Positions 1 through 9,092 of a DNA stretch of 64,000 nt are shown here, one piece after another. How positions within the stretch are numbered: position 1 is the stretch's first letter; every line of letters starts with the position of its first letter. The notes beneath the pieces are model-generated. The model was not told the DNA's origin. It did not search any database and saw only the letters and a list, made by a program, of their open reading frames with translations. Made by a program: the position numbers and the translations under genes. Origin of the DNA: an uncultured Verrucomicrobiota bacterium (GTDB taxonomy: Bacteria; Verrucomicrobiota; Kiritimatiellia; JAAZAB01); assembly GCA_964475165.1 (NCBI GenBank), contig CAYYVN010000009.1, positions 9,348 to 73,347 of the forward strand, given 5' to 3'.

Positions 1-477
1 GGCCAGGAAGAGGCTGGGCATGCCGCCCCGACTGATCCCGGGGTTGACGCGAAAGGAAAGGAAGCGCGGCATGCCCAACTGTTGGAGCGTGGGCAGGAGG
101 GAGATATCGTCGAGATTGATCAGGAACCTGCCATTGCGCAAGACGCTGCTTAATTCAGCTTGGGTGGTGTAATTGCCGGTGTACATGCCGCGGCCACCCA
201 GGCGCCGGGTGACCCAGGCCTCCGCTTCGCTGGAGGCATCGGCTCCGAAGCCTTCCGCGAAAATTATCTTGAGCAGGGCCGGGTTGGCATTGGCCTTGAT
301 GGCATAGAGCGGTTCAAAGCTGGGGAAGTATTGGCGGAAGGCGCTGATGAAGCGTCGGCAATTGGCCCGGATCCGTTTTTCCTCGTAGATGAAAAAGGGC
401 GTTGGCCAATGCCGTGCCGCGCGGCGGATAGCTGTGGTGGGCAGATAAGTGACCCTCGCATTGCTGGCGCGCGGCAT
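1..477 (-). CDS. lysA: Orn/DAP/Arg-decarboxylase family PLP enzyme, most like diaminopimelate decarboxylase. 5' portion only; the gene runs off the left edge of the window.
   Basis: Reverse-frame translation from the ATG (complement of 475-477) reads MPRASNARVTYLPTTAIRRAARHWPTPFFIYEEKRIRANCRRFISAF...YAIKANANPALLKIIFAEGFGADASSEAEA...RFLSFRVNPG. There are no stops back to position 1. The pattern is typical of the LysA/ODC fold N-terminus. The gene lies in the same orientation directly downstream of argD. Confidence 0.55.
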   Translation of the reverse strand, partial: MPRASNARVTYLPTTAIRRAARHWPTPFFIYEEKRIRANCRRFISAFRQYFPSFEPLYAIKANANPALLKIIFAEGFGADASSEAEAWVTRRLGGRGMYTGNYTTQAELSSVLRNGRFLINLDDISLLPTLQQLGMPRFLSFRVNPGISRGGMPSLFLA

Positions 478-554
478 AAGACTTCTTTCCATCTTGCAGG
501 CTGCCCAGGTTTTTTCGGCCTGTTCCGGCCAGCGGCAGTGCGGGCGCGCCTGAG

Positions 555-1850
555 TTATTGATTCTCCGGGGCCGCTTCCGGCGCTTCCTCAGGGAGGCTG
601 GCGTCGGCGGCTGGCGCCTCCTCTTCCTCGACCGGCGGCTCTTCCTCGGCTGGCGCTTGACCGGTCAGCTCGGCGCAGGCATCAGCGATGATTTCCAGTG
701 CTTCATCCACTTCGCTTTGCTTGACATTAAGCGGCGGCAGAAAACGCACGATATTGCCGGCGGTGGTCAGGCTCAAGAGACCCATATCCATCAATTTAGC
801 TTCCAATTCCGGGGAGGGTTGCTTGAGTTTGAGGCCCAGCATGAGGCCCATGCCGCGGACTTCTTCCAGCAGGGTTGGATATTTTTCGACCAGGGCCTGT
901 AAGCCTTGCTGGAAGCGCCGCCCCATCTGGGTGGCGTTTTGCAAAAGGCCTTCCTCGCGGATGATCTGCAGCATGGTCAGGGCCACGGCGCAAGCCAGGG
1001 GCGATCCGCCGAAAGTGCTGGCATGTTTGCCGGGCTGAAAGACATCCGCCAGTTTGGGCCCGGTGACGATGGCCCCGATGGGATAGCCGCCGCCCAAAGC
1101 CTTGGCTAAAGCAAAAGCATCCGGTTCCACATTATAAGCCTGGAAGGCAAACCAGTGCCCGGTGCGGCCCAGGCCACTTTGGACCTCGTCGCATAAGAGC
1201 AGGATATCATGTTCGTCGCAGAGTGCGCGCAGGCCCTGCAGGAATTTCGGTTGCGCGGGATTAATGCCACCTTCACCCTGGATGGCTTCCACCAGCACCG
1301 CCGCGGTGCGGTCGTTGATGGCCCTTTTGACTGAATCCAAATCGTTGAAATCGGCATAGACGAAACCAGTCGGCAGCGGCTCAAAGCCCTCTTGAAGCTT
1401 GGGCTGCCCGGTCGCGGTCAGCGTGGCCAGCGTGCGCCCGTGGAAGGAATGGCGCATGGTGATGATCTCGAAACGCTGGCGTGTGTGCCCCCAGAGGCGC
1501 GCCAGCTTGATGAGGGCTTCGTTGGCTTCGGCGCCGGAGTTGCAGAAAAAGCATTTGCCGTCCAGGGCCAGGCCGGCGAGCGCTTTAGCCAATAGCCCCT
1601 GGTTTTCATGATAATAAAGATTGGAGATATGGATCAGCTCCGCGGCCTGTTTTTGGAGCACGGCACTGATTTTGGGATGGCTGTGGCCGACGCTGTTGAC
1701 GGCGATGCCGGCCAGGAAATCCAAGTAGACCTTGCCATTGATATCCCAGATACGGGTGCCCTTGCCGCGCACGAAGACCAGCGGCTTGCGATTGTAGGTG
1801 GGCATGACATGTTGCGTGAACAGTTGCACGATATCTTCATGAGTGGTCAT
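555..1850 (-). CDS. argD: Acetylornithine aminotransferase (class-III PLP aminotransferase) with an unusual ~35-aa acidic C-terminal tail.
   Basis: 431-aa ORF. The N-terminus (LFTQHVMPTYNRKPLVFVRGKGTRIWDINGKVYLDFLAGIAVNSVGHSHPKI) and the LLCDEVQSGLGRTG / GGGYPIGA motifs match ArgD. It sits with argB and argJ. Confidence 0.85.
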   Translation of the reverse strand: MTTHEDIVQLFTQHVMPTYNRKPLVFVRGKGTRIWDINGKVYLDFLAGIAVNSVGHSHPKISAVLQKQAAELIHISNLYYHENQGLLAKALAGLALDGKCFFCNSGAEANEALIKLARLWGHTRQRFEIITMRHSFHGRTLATLTATGQPKLQEGFEPLPTGFVYADFNDLDSVKRAINDRTAAVLVEAIQGEGGINPAQPKFLQGLRALCDEHDILLLCDEVQSGLGRTGHWFAFQAYNVEPDAFALAKALGGGYPIGAIVTGPKLADVFQPGKHASTFGGSPLACAVALTMLQIIREEGLLQNATQMGRRFQQGLQALVEKYPTLLEEVRGMGLMLGLKLKQPSPELEAKLMDMGLLSLTTAGNIVRFLPPLNVKQSEVDEALEIIADACAELTGQAPAEEEPPVEEEEAPAADASLPEEAPEAAPENQ

Positions 1851-2731
1851 TGCACTATCTCCGTTCCGACTCCCTGGTCTGTGAATATTTCCAATAGAAG
1901 CGAGTGATGCGTATTGCCGTCAATGATATGCACCTTGGCGACTCCGGCGGCGAGGGCATTAAGCGCGCCCTGGATTTTGGGCAGCATACCACCGCTGATG
2001 ATGCCGGTGGCGATGAGGTTTTCCACCTCGGCCTGGCTCAGGGTAGATATCACCGATTGGGGATCCTCCGGGTTCTTCAAGAGCCCGGGGACATCCGAAA
2101 GAAATACCAGCTTACGCGCTGGCAGAGCACGGGCAATGGCGGCGGCGGCCTCATCCGCATTGATGTTATATATGGTGCCGGCGGCGTCGCGCCCCAAGGG
2201 GGTGATCACCGGCAAGAGGCCGGCGGCCAGGCAGGCTTGAATGGGCGCCACATCAACACTGGTGACCTGCCCCACAAAGCCCAGATCCAACGGTTGGCGC
2301 GTGCGCTGATCGAGCGGCTGCAATTTTTCGGCTCGGATAATGCTGGGGCCCTGGAGACCGGCGGCTTGTGCGCCGCGGGCGATGAGGGTTTCGACCAATT
2401 CCACATTGACCTCATGATTAAGTACTTCTTCGACCACGCGCATGCTGGCCGCATCGGTGACGCGCAAGCCGCCGACGAAAACGGGCTGCAAGCCTTGTTC
2501 GGTCATGCGCCGTGAGATGGCCTTGCCGCCGCCATGCACGATGACCGGTTTTAAGCCCACGCATTCCAGAAAGGCGGCATCGGTGAGGATGTTGTCATGG
2601 CAGGCTTTATCTTCCATGGCACTGCCGCCGAACTTGATGACGACCGCCGCGCCGCGGAAGGCCCGGATATAGGGCATGGCCTCGATGAGAATGCCGGCTT
2701 TTTCGATGATTGTTCTCAGATGGCTGGGCAT
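1847..2731 (-). CDS. argB: Acetylglutamate kinase.
   Basis: 294 aa. MPYIRAFRGAAVVIKFGGSAM... is the amino-acid-kinase fold typical of ArgB. Its stop overlaps the argD start by 4 nt. Confidence 0.85.
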   Translation of the reverse strand: MPSHLRTIIEKAGILIEAMPYIRAFRGAAVVIKFGGSAMEDKACHDNILTDAAFLECVGLKPVIVHGGGKAISRRMTEQGLQPVFVGGLRVTDAASMRVVEEVLNHEVNVELVETLIARGAQAAGLQGPSIIRAEKLQPLDQRTRQPLDLGFVGQVTSVDVAPIQACLAAGLLPVITPLGRDAAGTIYNINADEAAAAIARALPARKLVFLSDVPGLLKNPEDPQSVISTLSQAEVENLIATGIISGGMLPKIQGALNALAAGVAKVHIIDGNTHHSLLLEIFTDQGVGTEIVQ

Positions 2732-2733
2732 GG

Positions 2734-3945
2734 TTAGGTCATGTAAGAGGCATTGATGCGCACATAATCAGCGCTGCAATCACAGGTATATATGAAATAG
2801 GATGATGACCCGAGATGCAGGTTGATGTCAATAGTGAACTCGGGTTGCAGGATGACCTCACGCAGGGCATCCGGCGCCAGATCCGTGGCTTGGCCGTCTT
2901 TGACGGCCGTCAGGCCATCGTAGGCGATCTCGATCAGTTCCGGGCGCAGCGCCACGCCGGCATAGCCCACCGCGCAAATGACTCGGCCCCAGTTGGGGTC
3001 GGCGCCAAACCAGGAGGTCTTAACCAGCAATGAATTGGCCACCGCCCGCGCTACGGCGGCGGCGGCGCGGCGCGAGGGGGCGCCCTTGACCCGGATGGTG
3101 ACCAGCTTCGTGGCCCCCTCGCCATCTTTGACGATCATGCGTGCCAACTGACGGGTGGCTTCGTGAACGGCGGCCTGGAAGAGAGGCCAGCCCGGCTGGC
3201 CGCGGCGCAGCGGTTTATTGCCGGCTTGGCCATTAGCCAGGAAGAGAATGGTATCGTTGGTGCTGCGGTCGCCATCCACGGAAATGCGGTTGAAGCTCTG
3301 TTCGGCGGCCGTCTTCAGGCAGCTTTGCAGGGCCTCCGCTTCCACGGCCGCATCGGTGGTGAGAAAGGCCAGCATGGTGGCCAGCATAGGGTTGATCATA
3401 CCGGCGCCCTTGGCCATGCCGCCCAGGGTAATCGGTCGGCCATCCAGGGTGAATTGCAAGGCCAGGTGTTTAGGGTGCGTATCGGTGGTCATGATCGCCG
3501 TGGCGGCAGCGGCGCCGCCAGTGGGGCTGAGCTGCGCGGCGGCCTGGGCAATGCCCGTCGCCAGGCGCTCCATGGGCAGCGGGCGCCCGATGGTGCCGGT
3601 GGAGCAAACCAAAATGCTGCGCTGGTTTAGTCCCAGCTGTGTGGCGGTCAATTGTGCCATGGCCTGTGCATCGCGCTGACCTTGCCTGCCGGTGCAGGCA
3701 TTGGCATTGCCGCTATTAACGATGATCGCGCGCAGGTTGCGGCCGGGGGTGCGTTGGCGGCAAAGTTGCACGGGGGCCGCCGTCACCCGGTTAGTGGTAT
3801 AGACCCCCGCCGCCGTGCAGGGCCTCTCCGAGACGATGAGGGCCAGATCTTTACCTTGCGCTTTGATGCCCGCGGCTACGCCGGCGGCTCGAAACCCTGC
3901 CGGCGAAGAGATATGCCCGGCGCTCTGACTTATTTTGGTTTTCAC
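2734..3945 (-). CDS. argJ: Glutamate N-acetyltransferase / ornithine acetyltransferase (ArgJ).
   Basis: The ATML autoproteolysis site (GAGMINPMLATMLAFLTTDAAV) is present. The conserved N-terminus PAGFRAAGVAAGIK starts just after a GTG at 3945 that is preceded by AAGG. The ORF track extends the ORF to 4026, probably an over-extension. Confidence 0.8.
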   Translation of the reverse strand: MKTKISQSAGHISSPAGFRAAGVAAGIKAQGKDLALIVSERPCTAAGVYTTNRVTAAPVQLCRQRTPGRNLRAIIVNSGNANACTGRQGQRDAQAMAQLTATQLGLNQRSILVCSTGTIGRPLPMERLATGIAQAAAQLSPTGGAAAATAIMTTDTHPKHLALQFTLDGRPITLGGMAKGAGMINPMLATMLAFLTTDAAVEAEALQSCLKTAAEQSFNRISVDGDRSTNDTILFLANGQAGNKPLRRGQPGWPLFQAAVHEATRQLARMIVKDGEGATKLVTIRVKGAPSRRAAAAVARAVANSLLVKTSWFGADPNWGRVICAVGYAGVALRPELIEIAYDGLTAVKDGQATDLAPDALREVILQPEFTIDINLHLGSSSYFIYTCDCSADYVRINASYMT

Positions 3946-4053
3946 GGCAATCAACCTTGTCTTTGATGGATAAAACGCGCGCGGGTTGTTTTTAGTAGCC
4001 GATCGGTGAGCAGCCCACGGCGCCACGCAAAAACAAACGGTCTGCCCAAGGCT

Positions 4054-4452
4054 TTAACGTTTCGAGAATTGGAAACGTTTGCGCGCTCCGGGTTGCCCCG
4101 TTTTCTTGCGTTCCTTGATGCGCGCGTCCCGGGTGAGGAAGCCGCTGCTTTTCAGGACCTGGCGCAAGGAGCCGTCAAAGGCCACCAAGGCGCGGGCAAT
4201 ACCATGGCGCAGGGCGCCGGCTTGGCCCACCAACCCGCCGCCATGCAGTTTGGCGCGGATATCGAAGCGGGCATCGGTATTGGTTAGCTTGAGCGGTTGT
4301 AATACAAAGTTGCGGAGGGGCGCCACGGGAAAATAATCCTGGAATGCGCGCCGATTGATGGTTAGCTGGCCGGTGCCGGCCCGCAAACGCACGCTGGCCA
4401 CCGCATTCTTGCGGCGACCGGTTGCCACAATTTCAGATTTTATCGCGTCCAC
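4054..4452 (-). CDS. rpsI: 30S ribosomal protein S9.
   Basis: ATGRRKNAVASVRL...GGGLVGQAGALRHGIARAL...TRDARIKERKKTGQPGARKRFQFSKR. The likely start is the GTG at 4452, preceded by GGAGAAAGAA. The track ORF runs to 4521 and would overlap rplM. Confidence 0.85.
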   Translation of the reverse strand: MDAIKSEIVATGRRKNAVASVRLRAGTGQLTINRRAFQDYFPVAPLRNFVLQPLKLTNTDARFDIRAKLHGGGLVGQAGALRHGIARALVAFDGSLRQVLKSSGFLTRDARIKERKKTGQPGARKRFQFSKR

Positions 4453-4471
4453 TTCTTTCTCCTTGGCATTT

Positions 4472-4900
4472 TTAAGAATCAATGGCTTCCGGGTTTTGAG
4501 CGGCATGCGGATGGGTGGCATCCGGATAAATTTTCAGCCGCCGGAAAGCAACTCGCATCAAGCGGTTCTTGGGCAACATGCGCCGCACGGCATCGGCGAG
4601 CATGCGTTCCGGATGGCGTTGCCGAATGATGCTGGCCGGATAGGTCTTGCGTCCGCTGCGGTGGCCGGAATAATCCTGGTATATTTTCTGCTCCTCTTTT
4701 TTGCCGGTCAATTTGATCTTGCCAGCGTTGATCACGACCACATGATCGCCCAAGTCCAGATGCGGAGCATAAGTGGGCTTGGTTTTGCCGCGGATGATAT
4801 TGGCGATTTTAACCGCCAAGCGACCCAAGACCTTGTTCTCAGCATCGATCAAATACCACTGGCGGCGGATATCTGCTACACGCGTTAAAGTTGTTTTCAT
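4472..4900 (-). CDS. rplM: 50S ribosomal protein L13.
   Basis: 142 aa. MKTTLTRVADIRRQWYLIDAENKVLGRLAVKIANIIRGK... is canonical L13. Confidence 0.9.
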   Translation of the reverse strand: MKTTLTRVADIRRQWYLIDAENKVLGRLAVKIANIIRGKTKPTYAPHLDLGDHVVVINAGKIKLTGKKEEQKIYQDYSGHRSGRKTYPASIIRQRHPERMLADAVRRMLPKNRLMRVAFRRLKIYPDATHPHAAQNPEAIDS

Positions 4901-5053
4901 GACAAACCTTCCTCTAATGGAAAGCCGCCACCATAGGTCAGGGCGGTGGGGCTGTCAACTAAAAAAACTTTTTTTGGCGGGCCGCGCGGCATTCCGCGCC
5001 GCCCGCCCGGCGGGGCCTTGGCGCCTGGCTGAGACAGATGCACCGCGGGCGAT

Positions 5054-6088
5054 TCAGCTCTCTTTTTGTTCCAACTTGGCGAGGCGCTCTTCCAAGGCGG
5101 CCACCTTGGCTTTCAGCTCAGGCAGACGGGAGATATGGGCGATGAGCTTGGTGGCTTTGTTGTAGGGCGCGGCGGGTGAACCCCACACGAAAGTTCCGGA
5201 AGGCACATCCTTACTAACCCCTGATTGGGCGCCGACGATGACATCCGAGCCGATCACCAAATGCCCGGTCACGCCCACCTGCCCGGCCAGAACGGTGCGT
5301 TCCCCGATAGCGGTGCTGCCCGAGATACCCACCTGGGCCACCAGCACGCTGTTATCGCCAATCACGACATTATGCGCAATCTGGACCAGATTATCGATCT
5401 TGACGCCGTGACCAATGCGCGTCTGGCCGAAGCGCGCGCGGTCAATGGTGACGTTAGCCCCGATTTCCACATCGTCGCCGATAACCACTATGCCGATCTG
5501 GGGGATTTTACGGCGCTGCGCGCCTTCCTGGGTATATCCAAAACCATCGCTGCCGATCACCGCGCCGTTATGGATGATAACCCGATTACCGATCCGCGCG
5601 TATTCGCGCACGCTGACCTGCGGATAAAATTTGCAATCTTCTCCGATAATGGTGTGCGCCCCGATATAGCATCCGGCCACGAGGATGCTGCGCGCGCCGA
5701 TGGCGGCGCCGGCTTCGACGACGCAATGCGGCCCAATAAAGATTTCCGGTCCGAGCTGAGCATCAGGGGCAATGCTGGCGCTGGGATGAATGCCGGGAGG
5801 AAAGAGGATGGGTGGTGGCGCGAACCACTGGGCCACTTCCGCGAAGGCTTTATCGGGGTTGCGTACGCGGATCAGCGTGGCCGGGCAGGGGCGCTGCCAA
5901 TCCTCGCCGACAATCACGGCGGAAGCCTTGGTATTGGCGGCGGCCGGCGCATAGCGGGGGTTGATGATGAAGGAGAGCTGCCCGGGTTGGGCTTCGCGAA
6001 TGCCGGAGAGGCTGCTGATGAGCAGCTCGCCATCGCCTTCCAGTTTGCCTTGCAGGCGTTGAGCTATTGCGGCTACGGTCAGTTGCAT
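5054..6088 (-). CDS. lpxD: UDP-3-O-acylglucosamine N-acyltransferase.
   Basis: Left-handed beta-helix hexapeptide repeats (IGANVTIDRARFGQTRIGHGVKIDNLVQIAHNVVIGDNSVLVAQVGISGS...). The start MQLTVAAIAQRL at 6088 avoids overlap with skp. The track ORF runs to 6211. Confidence 0.8.
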   Translation of the reverse strand: MQLTVAAIAQRLQGKLEGDGELLISSLSGIREAQPGQLSFIINPRYAPAAANTKASAVIVGEDWQRPCPATLIRVRNPDKAFAEVAQWFAPPPILFPPGIHPSASIAPDAQLGPEIFIGPHCVVEAGAAIGARSILVAGCYIGAHTIIGEDCKFYPQVSVREYARIGNRVIIHNGAVIGSDGFGYTQEGAQRRKIPQIGIVVIGDDVEIGANVTIDRARFGQTRIGHGVKIDNLVQIAHNVVIGDNSVLVAQVGISGSTAIGERTVLAGQVGVTGHLVIGSDVIVGAQSGVSKDVPSGTFVWGSPAAPYNKATKLIAHISRLPELKAKVAALEERLAKLEQKES

Positions 6089-6092
6089 AGTC

Positions 6093-6704
6093 CTATTTCC
6101 GGTGTGGCGCCTTGGGCTTGGCCGCGGGTGCGGTTGAGCTTTGATTGAGAATGGCCAGGATCGCGGCGGTGATTTCAAAACTGGGATCGGCAAAGAGGAC
6201 GGCTTCCACATTGTTCAAGGTTTTGCCGGAGCTATCCAGCACCAAGGAGATCTTATGTTCCTGCGCATAGTTCTGGATCACCCGGCGGATTTCGAGGATG
6301 ATCTGTTGTTGTGTCTGGCGCATTTGATCGCCGAACTGTTTTTTGCAGCTTTGATCGAATTCCAGGAGCTGTTCTTCGGCTTTATGCAGTTGCGCCAGTT
6401 TAAGCTCTTGGGCCTGTTGCTGGTTGGCCCGTTCGGAGTCCTTGAGCGATTTATCCCGCGCGGCCGCGTTCAGGGTTTCCAGTTCGCTTTGGCAGGTTTT
6501 AATCTTGGCCAGCAGGCTTTGGCGCTGACGATCCATCTCATCGGCGCGCGCTTTGAATAGGGCGTTGGCTTCCTTGGTCTTGTGATATTCATCGAAGATG
6601 CGCTCCATGGATACCAGCGCCACGCGCAGCTCGGCGCGGGCCGCTGGCGGCCCGGCCAGGATCAGCAAGGCCCCGATCAAGATTATGAAGGTATAGCGCG
6701 GCAT
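6093..6704 (-). CDS. skp: Periplasmic chaperone Skp/OmpH.
   Basis: 203 aa with a signal peptide (MPRYTFIILIGALLILAGPPAARA). The rest is helical and Q/K/E-rich. It sits between bamA and lpxD, the canonical position. Confidence 0.75.
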   Translation of the reverse strand: MPRYTFIILIGALLILAGPPAARAELRVALVSMERIFDEYHKTKEANALFKARADEMDRQRQSLLAKIKTCQSELETLNAAARDKSLKDSERANQQQAQELKLAQLHKAEEQLLEFDQSCKKQFGDQMRQTQQQIILEIRRVIQNYAQEHKISLVLDSSGKTLNNVEAVLFADPSFEITAAILAILNQSSTAPAAKPKAPHRK

Positions 6705-6731
6705 TGGTTTTTTCCTCTCTTCAACGATCCG

Positions 6732-9092
6732 CTAAAAACCGTAACCGATCCAAAAGTTAAAGCGTGGTGCGGTTCGGGAAAGATCGCTGCTGATTTCCAG
6801 CGGCCAGGCGTAATCCACCCGGATGGGAAACGAGGGGATCTCCAGGCGTAACCCGATGCCGGCATCCGAGCAATACTCTTGCAAATCAAAATCAAAGGCG
6901 TCAAGCCAAACATTGCCGATATCATAGAAGGCGGCCAGGCGGACGATCCTTTTATAGAGCGGAATGGTGTATTCCAAGGTGCCCAGGGCCGCGGTTTTGC
7001 CTCCGATCGCTTCACCCTCTTCGCTGGGTGACACTTTGCGATATTTGAAACCCCGCAGCGTGCGCGGGCCGCCCAGAAAGAGGCGATCGAAAATATGCAC
7101 ATCATCGCTCTGGCCATATTCCTGGACGGTCTCGGCCCAGAGCCGCAAGCTCAGCGTATGATCAAAGAGCGCCGGGAAATAGGATATGCTTTCGCCTTCC
7201 AGCTCAAAAACATCCACATCGCCGCCCAGCGCCCCGCCGCTGACCCGTCCGGAGAGGGTGATCTTATGGCCGCGCTGGGGCACGAAGACGTTATCGCGCG
7301 TGTCATGCACCAGCGCGAGCTTCAAGGAGCTGTTGAGAAAATCGCCCTTTTCATTCTGGATCCGCGCTATGGCGTTGGTATCCATGCTATAAATGGAGGT
7401 GCGTTCCAGGCGGTAGGTGAGGTTGGCCCGCTGAAAAAACCAGGGCAGCGGCTTGCCGAGCGTCAGGGCGCCGCCGATGCGTTTTTCGCTGTAATAATCG
7501 CTGAGATTGCGGCGCACGGTGTTGTAGAGATCCAGGCCCAGGGAAAGTTTGCGATCCAAAAACCAGGGCTCGATGAAGCTCAATTGGTAATCTTCGGTTT
7601 CGCTGCCGAATTGCGTGCGCAGGCGCAGTTTCTGACCGGCGCCGGTGAAATAAGGCCAATTGAAGAGATCAAAATTACCCTGGGAAAGCTCCAGGAATCC
7701 AATGATTTCATCCACACTGGAATAGCCGGCGCCGATCATGAAATTGCCCGTCTTGCCCTCGGTCAGTTCGAAGATCAGATCATCCTTGAAAGGATCCAGG
7801 GTTTCGCGAGCATAGCTGCGCACCGAGTTTTCGGCAAAGAAACCAAGATTTTGAAGGATGCGTTCGCTGCGCCGGATACGGACCTGATCGTAAATTTCGC
7901 CCGGGTACACCAGCAGTTCACGGCGGATCACTTTATCCTTGGTGCGCGTATTGCCACGGATTTCCACATAGCGAATATGCACCAGGCTGCTCTCGCTGAC
8001 TTCAAAAGTGATATTGACGACCGCCCCGCCCTCGGCGGTGCTCAAGAGCGGCTTAACCGTCGAGCGCATGTGGCCGCGACTCTGATAAAAATCGCGCAGA
8101 TCATCGGCGGTGCGCTGGATGGCTTCCAGGGAGGCCACCGCGCCGGGCTGGAGCTTGATGATGGCCCACAGGTTGGCTTCGGGAAAAAGCGTCACTCCGC
8201 GCAGCTCGAGGGTGCCGATCTGATATTGGGCGCCCTCGGTGATGGTGTAGGTGGCCTGCAATTTACCGGGGCGGTAGGCGCTGATCTGCGGCTCGCTGAT
8301 CTGTACATCCAGATAGCCGCGGTTATGATAGAGGGCGCGTAACAGGTCGCGATCAGCACTCAGTTCGGCCGCCTGGAATTGGCCGCGCTTGGTAAAAAAT
8401 GAAAAAATATGCCACAGCCGCGGGCGCATGGCTTCCTGCAGCATATCGGGCGGGACCGATTGGGGCGCCAGGGCGCGGCGCTGGCTCAAGCCGGCCAGGA
8501 TACGCTGGCCCAGCGGCGGCGGTTGGTAGGTGTTGCCCTCGAAAGCCACCTTGCGCAAGCTGGCGCGCGCGCCTTCCAAGACGGTTAAAGTGACGCTGGC
8601 AAAGCCGCTGGCCGGATCCAAGGTGAGGGTCCACTCGATATGCGCTTCGAAATAATAGCGCTGTTGATATTCTTCCAAGACCTTGCGCGCCTGCCGGCTG
8701 AGAATGGCATCGCTGACCGGATCGCCCGCCTCCAGCTCCATGAGTTTGCGGATTTTGGAAGGGCTGAGTTCGCGGGCGCCCTCTATGCTCAGGGGTTCGG
8801 CCAGGCGGGGGATGGGTTCGACGATATAAGTGAGGGTGAACCCTTCAGAGCCGGGCGTCAATTCGGAGTCGATGAATGCGAAGCGCCCGGTTTCCTGTAA
8901 GGTTTTGATATCGCGTGAGATCTGGCGCTGATCCAGCTCGTCGCCGGCGCGGGTGGTGATGCACTCCAAGACGAATTGCGGATCGGGGAGTTGAATGCCC
9001 CTGGTCTCCACTTGGATATCATGGATCACCGCGGCGCTTAAGAGGGCTGGCGCCAGCGCCGCCCCGAGCAGGCCTGCGGAGCAGATTCTCAT
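6732..9092 (-). CDS. bamA: Outer-membrane protein assembly factor BamA (Omp85).
   Basis: 786 aa. It has a signal peptide, POTRA-like repeats and a C-terminal beta-barrel ending ...FNFWIGYGF. The gene context is bamA-skp-lpxD. Confidence 0.85.
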   Translation of the reverse strand: MRICSAGLLGAALAPALLSAAVIHDIQVETRGIQLPDPQFVLECITTRAGDELDQRQISRDIKTLQETGRFAFIDSELTPGSEGFTLTYIVEPIPRLAEPLSIEGARELSPSKIRKLMELEAGDPVSDAILSRQARKVLEEYQQRYYFEAHIEWTLTLDPASGFASVTLTVLEGARASLRKVAFEGNTYQPPPLGQRILAGLSQRRALAPQSVPPDMLQEAMRPRLWHIFSFFTKRGQFQAAELSADRDLLRALYHNRGYLDVQISEPQISAYRPGKLQATYTITEGAQYQIGTLELRGVTLFPEANLWAIIKLQPGAVASLEAIQRTADDLRDFYQSRGHMRSTVKPLLSTAEGGAVVNITFEVSESSLVHIRYVEIRGNTRTKDKVIRRELLVYPGEIYDQVRIRRSERILQNLGFFAENSVRSYARETLDPFKDDLIFELTEGKTGNFMIGAGYSSVDEIIGFLELSQGNFDLFNWPYFTGAGQKLRLRTQFGSETEDYQLSFIEPWFLDRKLSLGLDLYNTVRRNLSDYYSEKRIGGALTLGKPLPWFFQRANLTYRLERTSIYSMDTNAIARIQNEKGDFLNSSLKLALVHDTRDNVFVPQRGHKITLSGRVSGGALGGDVDVFELEGESISYFPALFDHTLSLRLWAETVQEYGQSDDVHIFDRLFLGGPRTLRGFKYRKVSPSEEGEAIGGKTAALGTLEYTIPLYKRIVRLAAFYDIGNVWLDAFDFDLQEYCSDAGIGLRLEIPSFPIRVDYAWPLEISSDLSRTAPRFNFWIGYGF

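Noticed and set aside
160-561. 133-aa plus-strand ORF at the left end.
   Set aside because: Its sequence is low-complexity, Gly/Ala/Arg-rich with no motifs. It lies antisense to a well-supported LysA-like frame that runs off the window edge. It is a typical GC-rich shadow ORF.
7095-8342. 415-aa plus-strand ORF inside bamA. Similar long antisense ORFs sit at 5225-6148 (lpxD), 46576-47709 (aminotransferase) and 49910-51247 (Gfo/Idh/MocA).
   Set aside because: All lie entirely opposite strongly motif-supported genes. Their composition is the Arg/Gly/Ala bias expected of antisense frames in high-GC DNA. None has recognisable domains.
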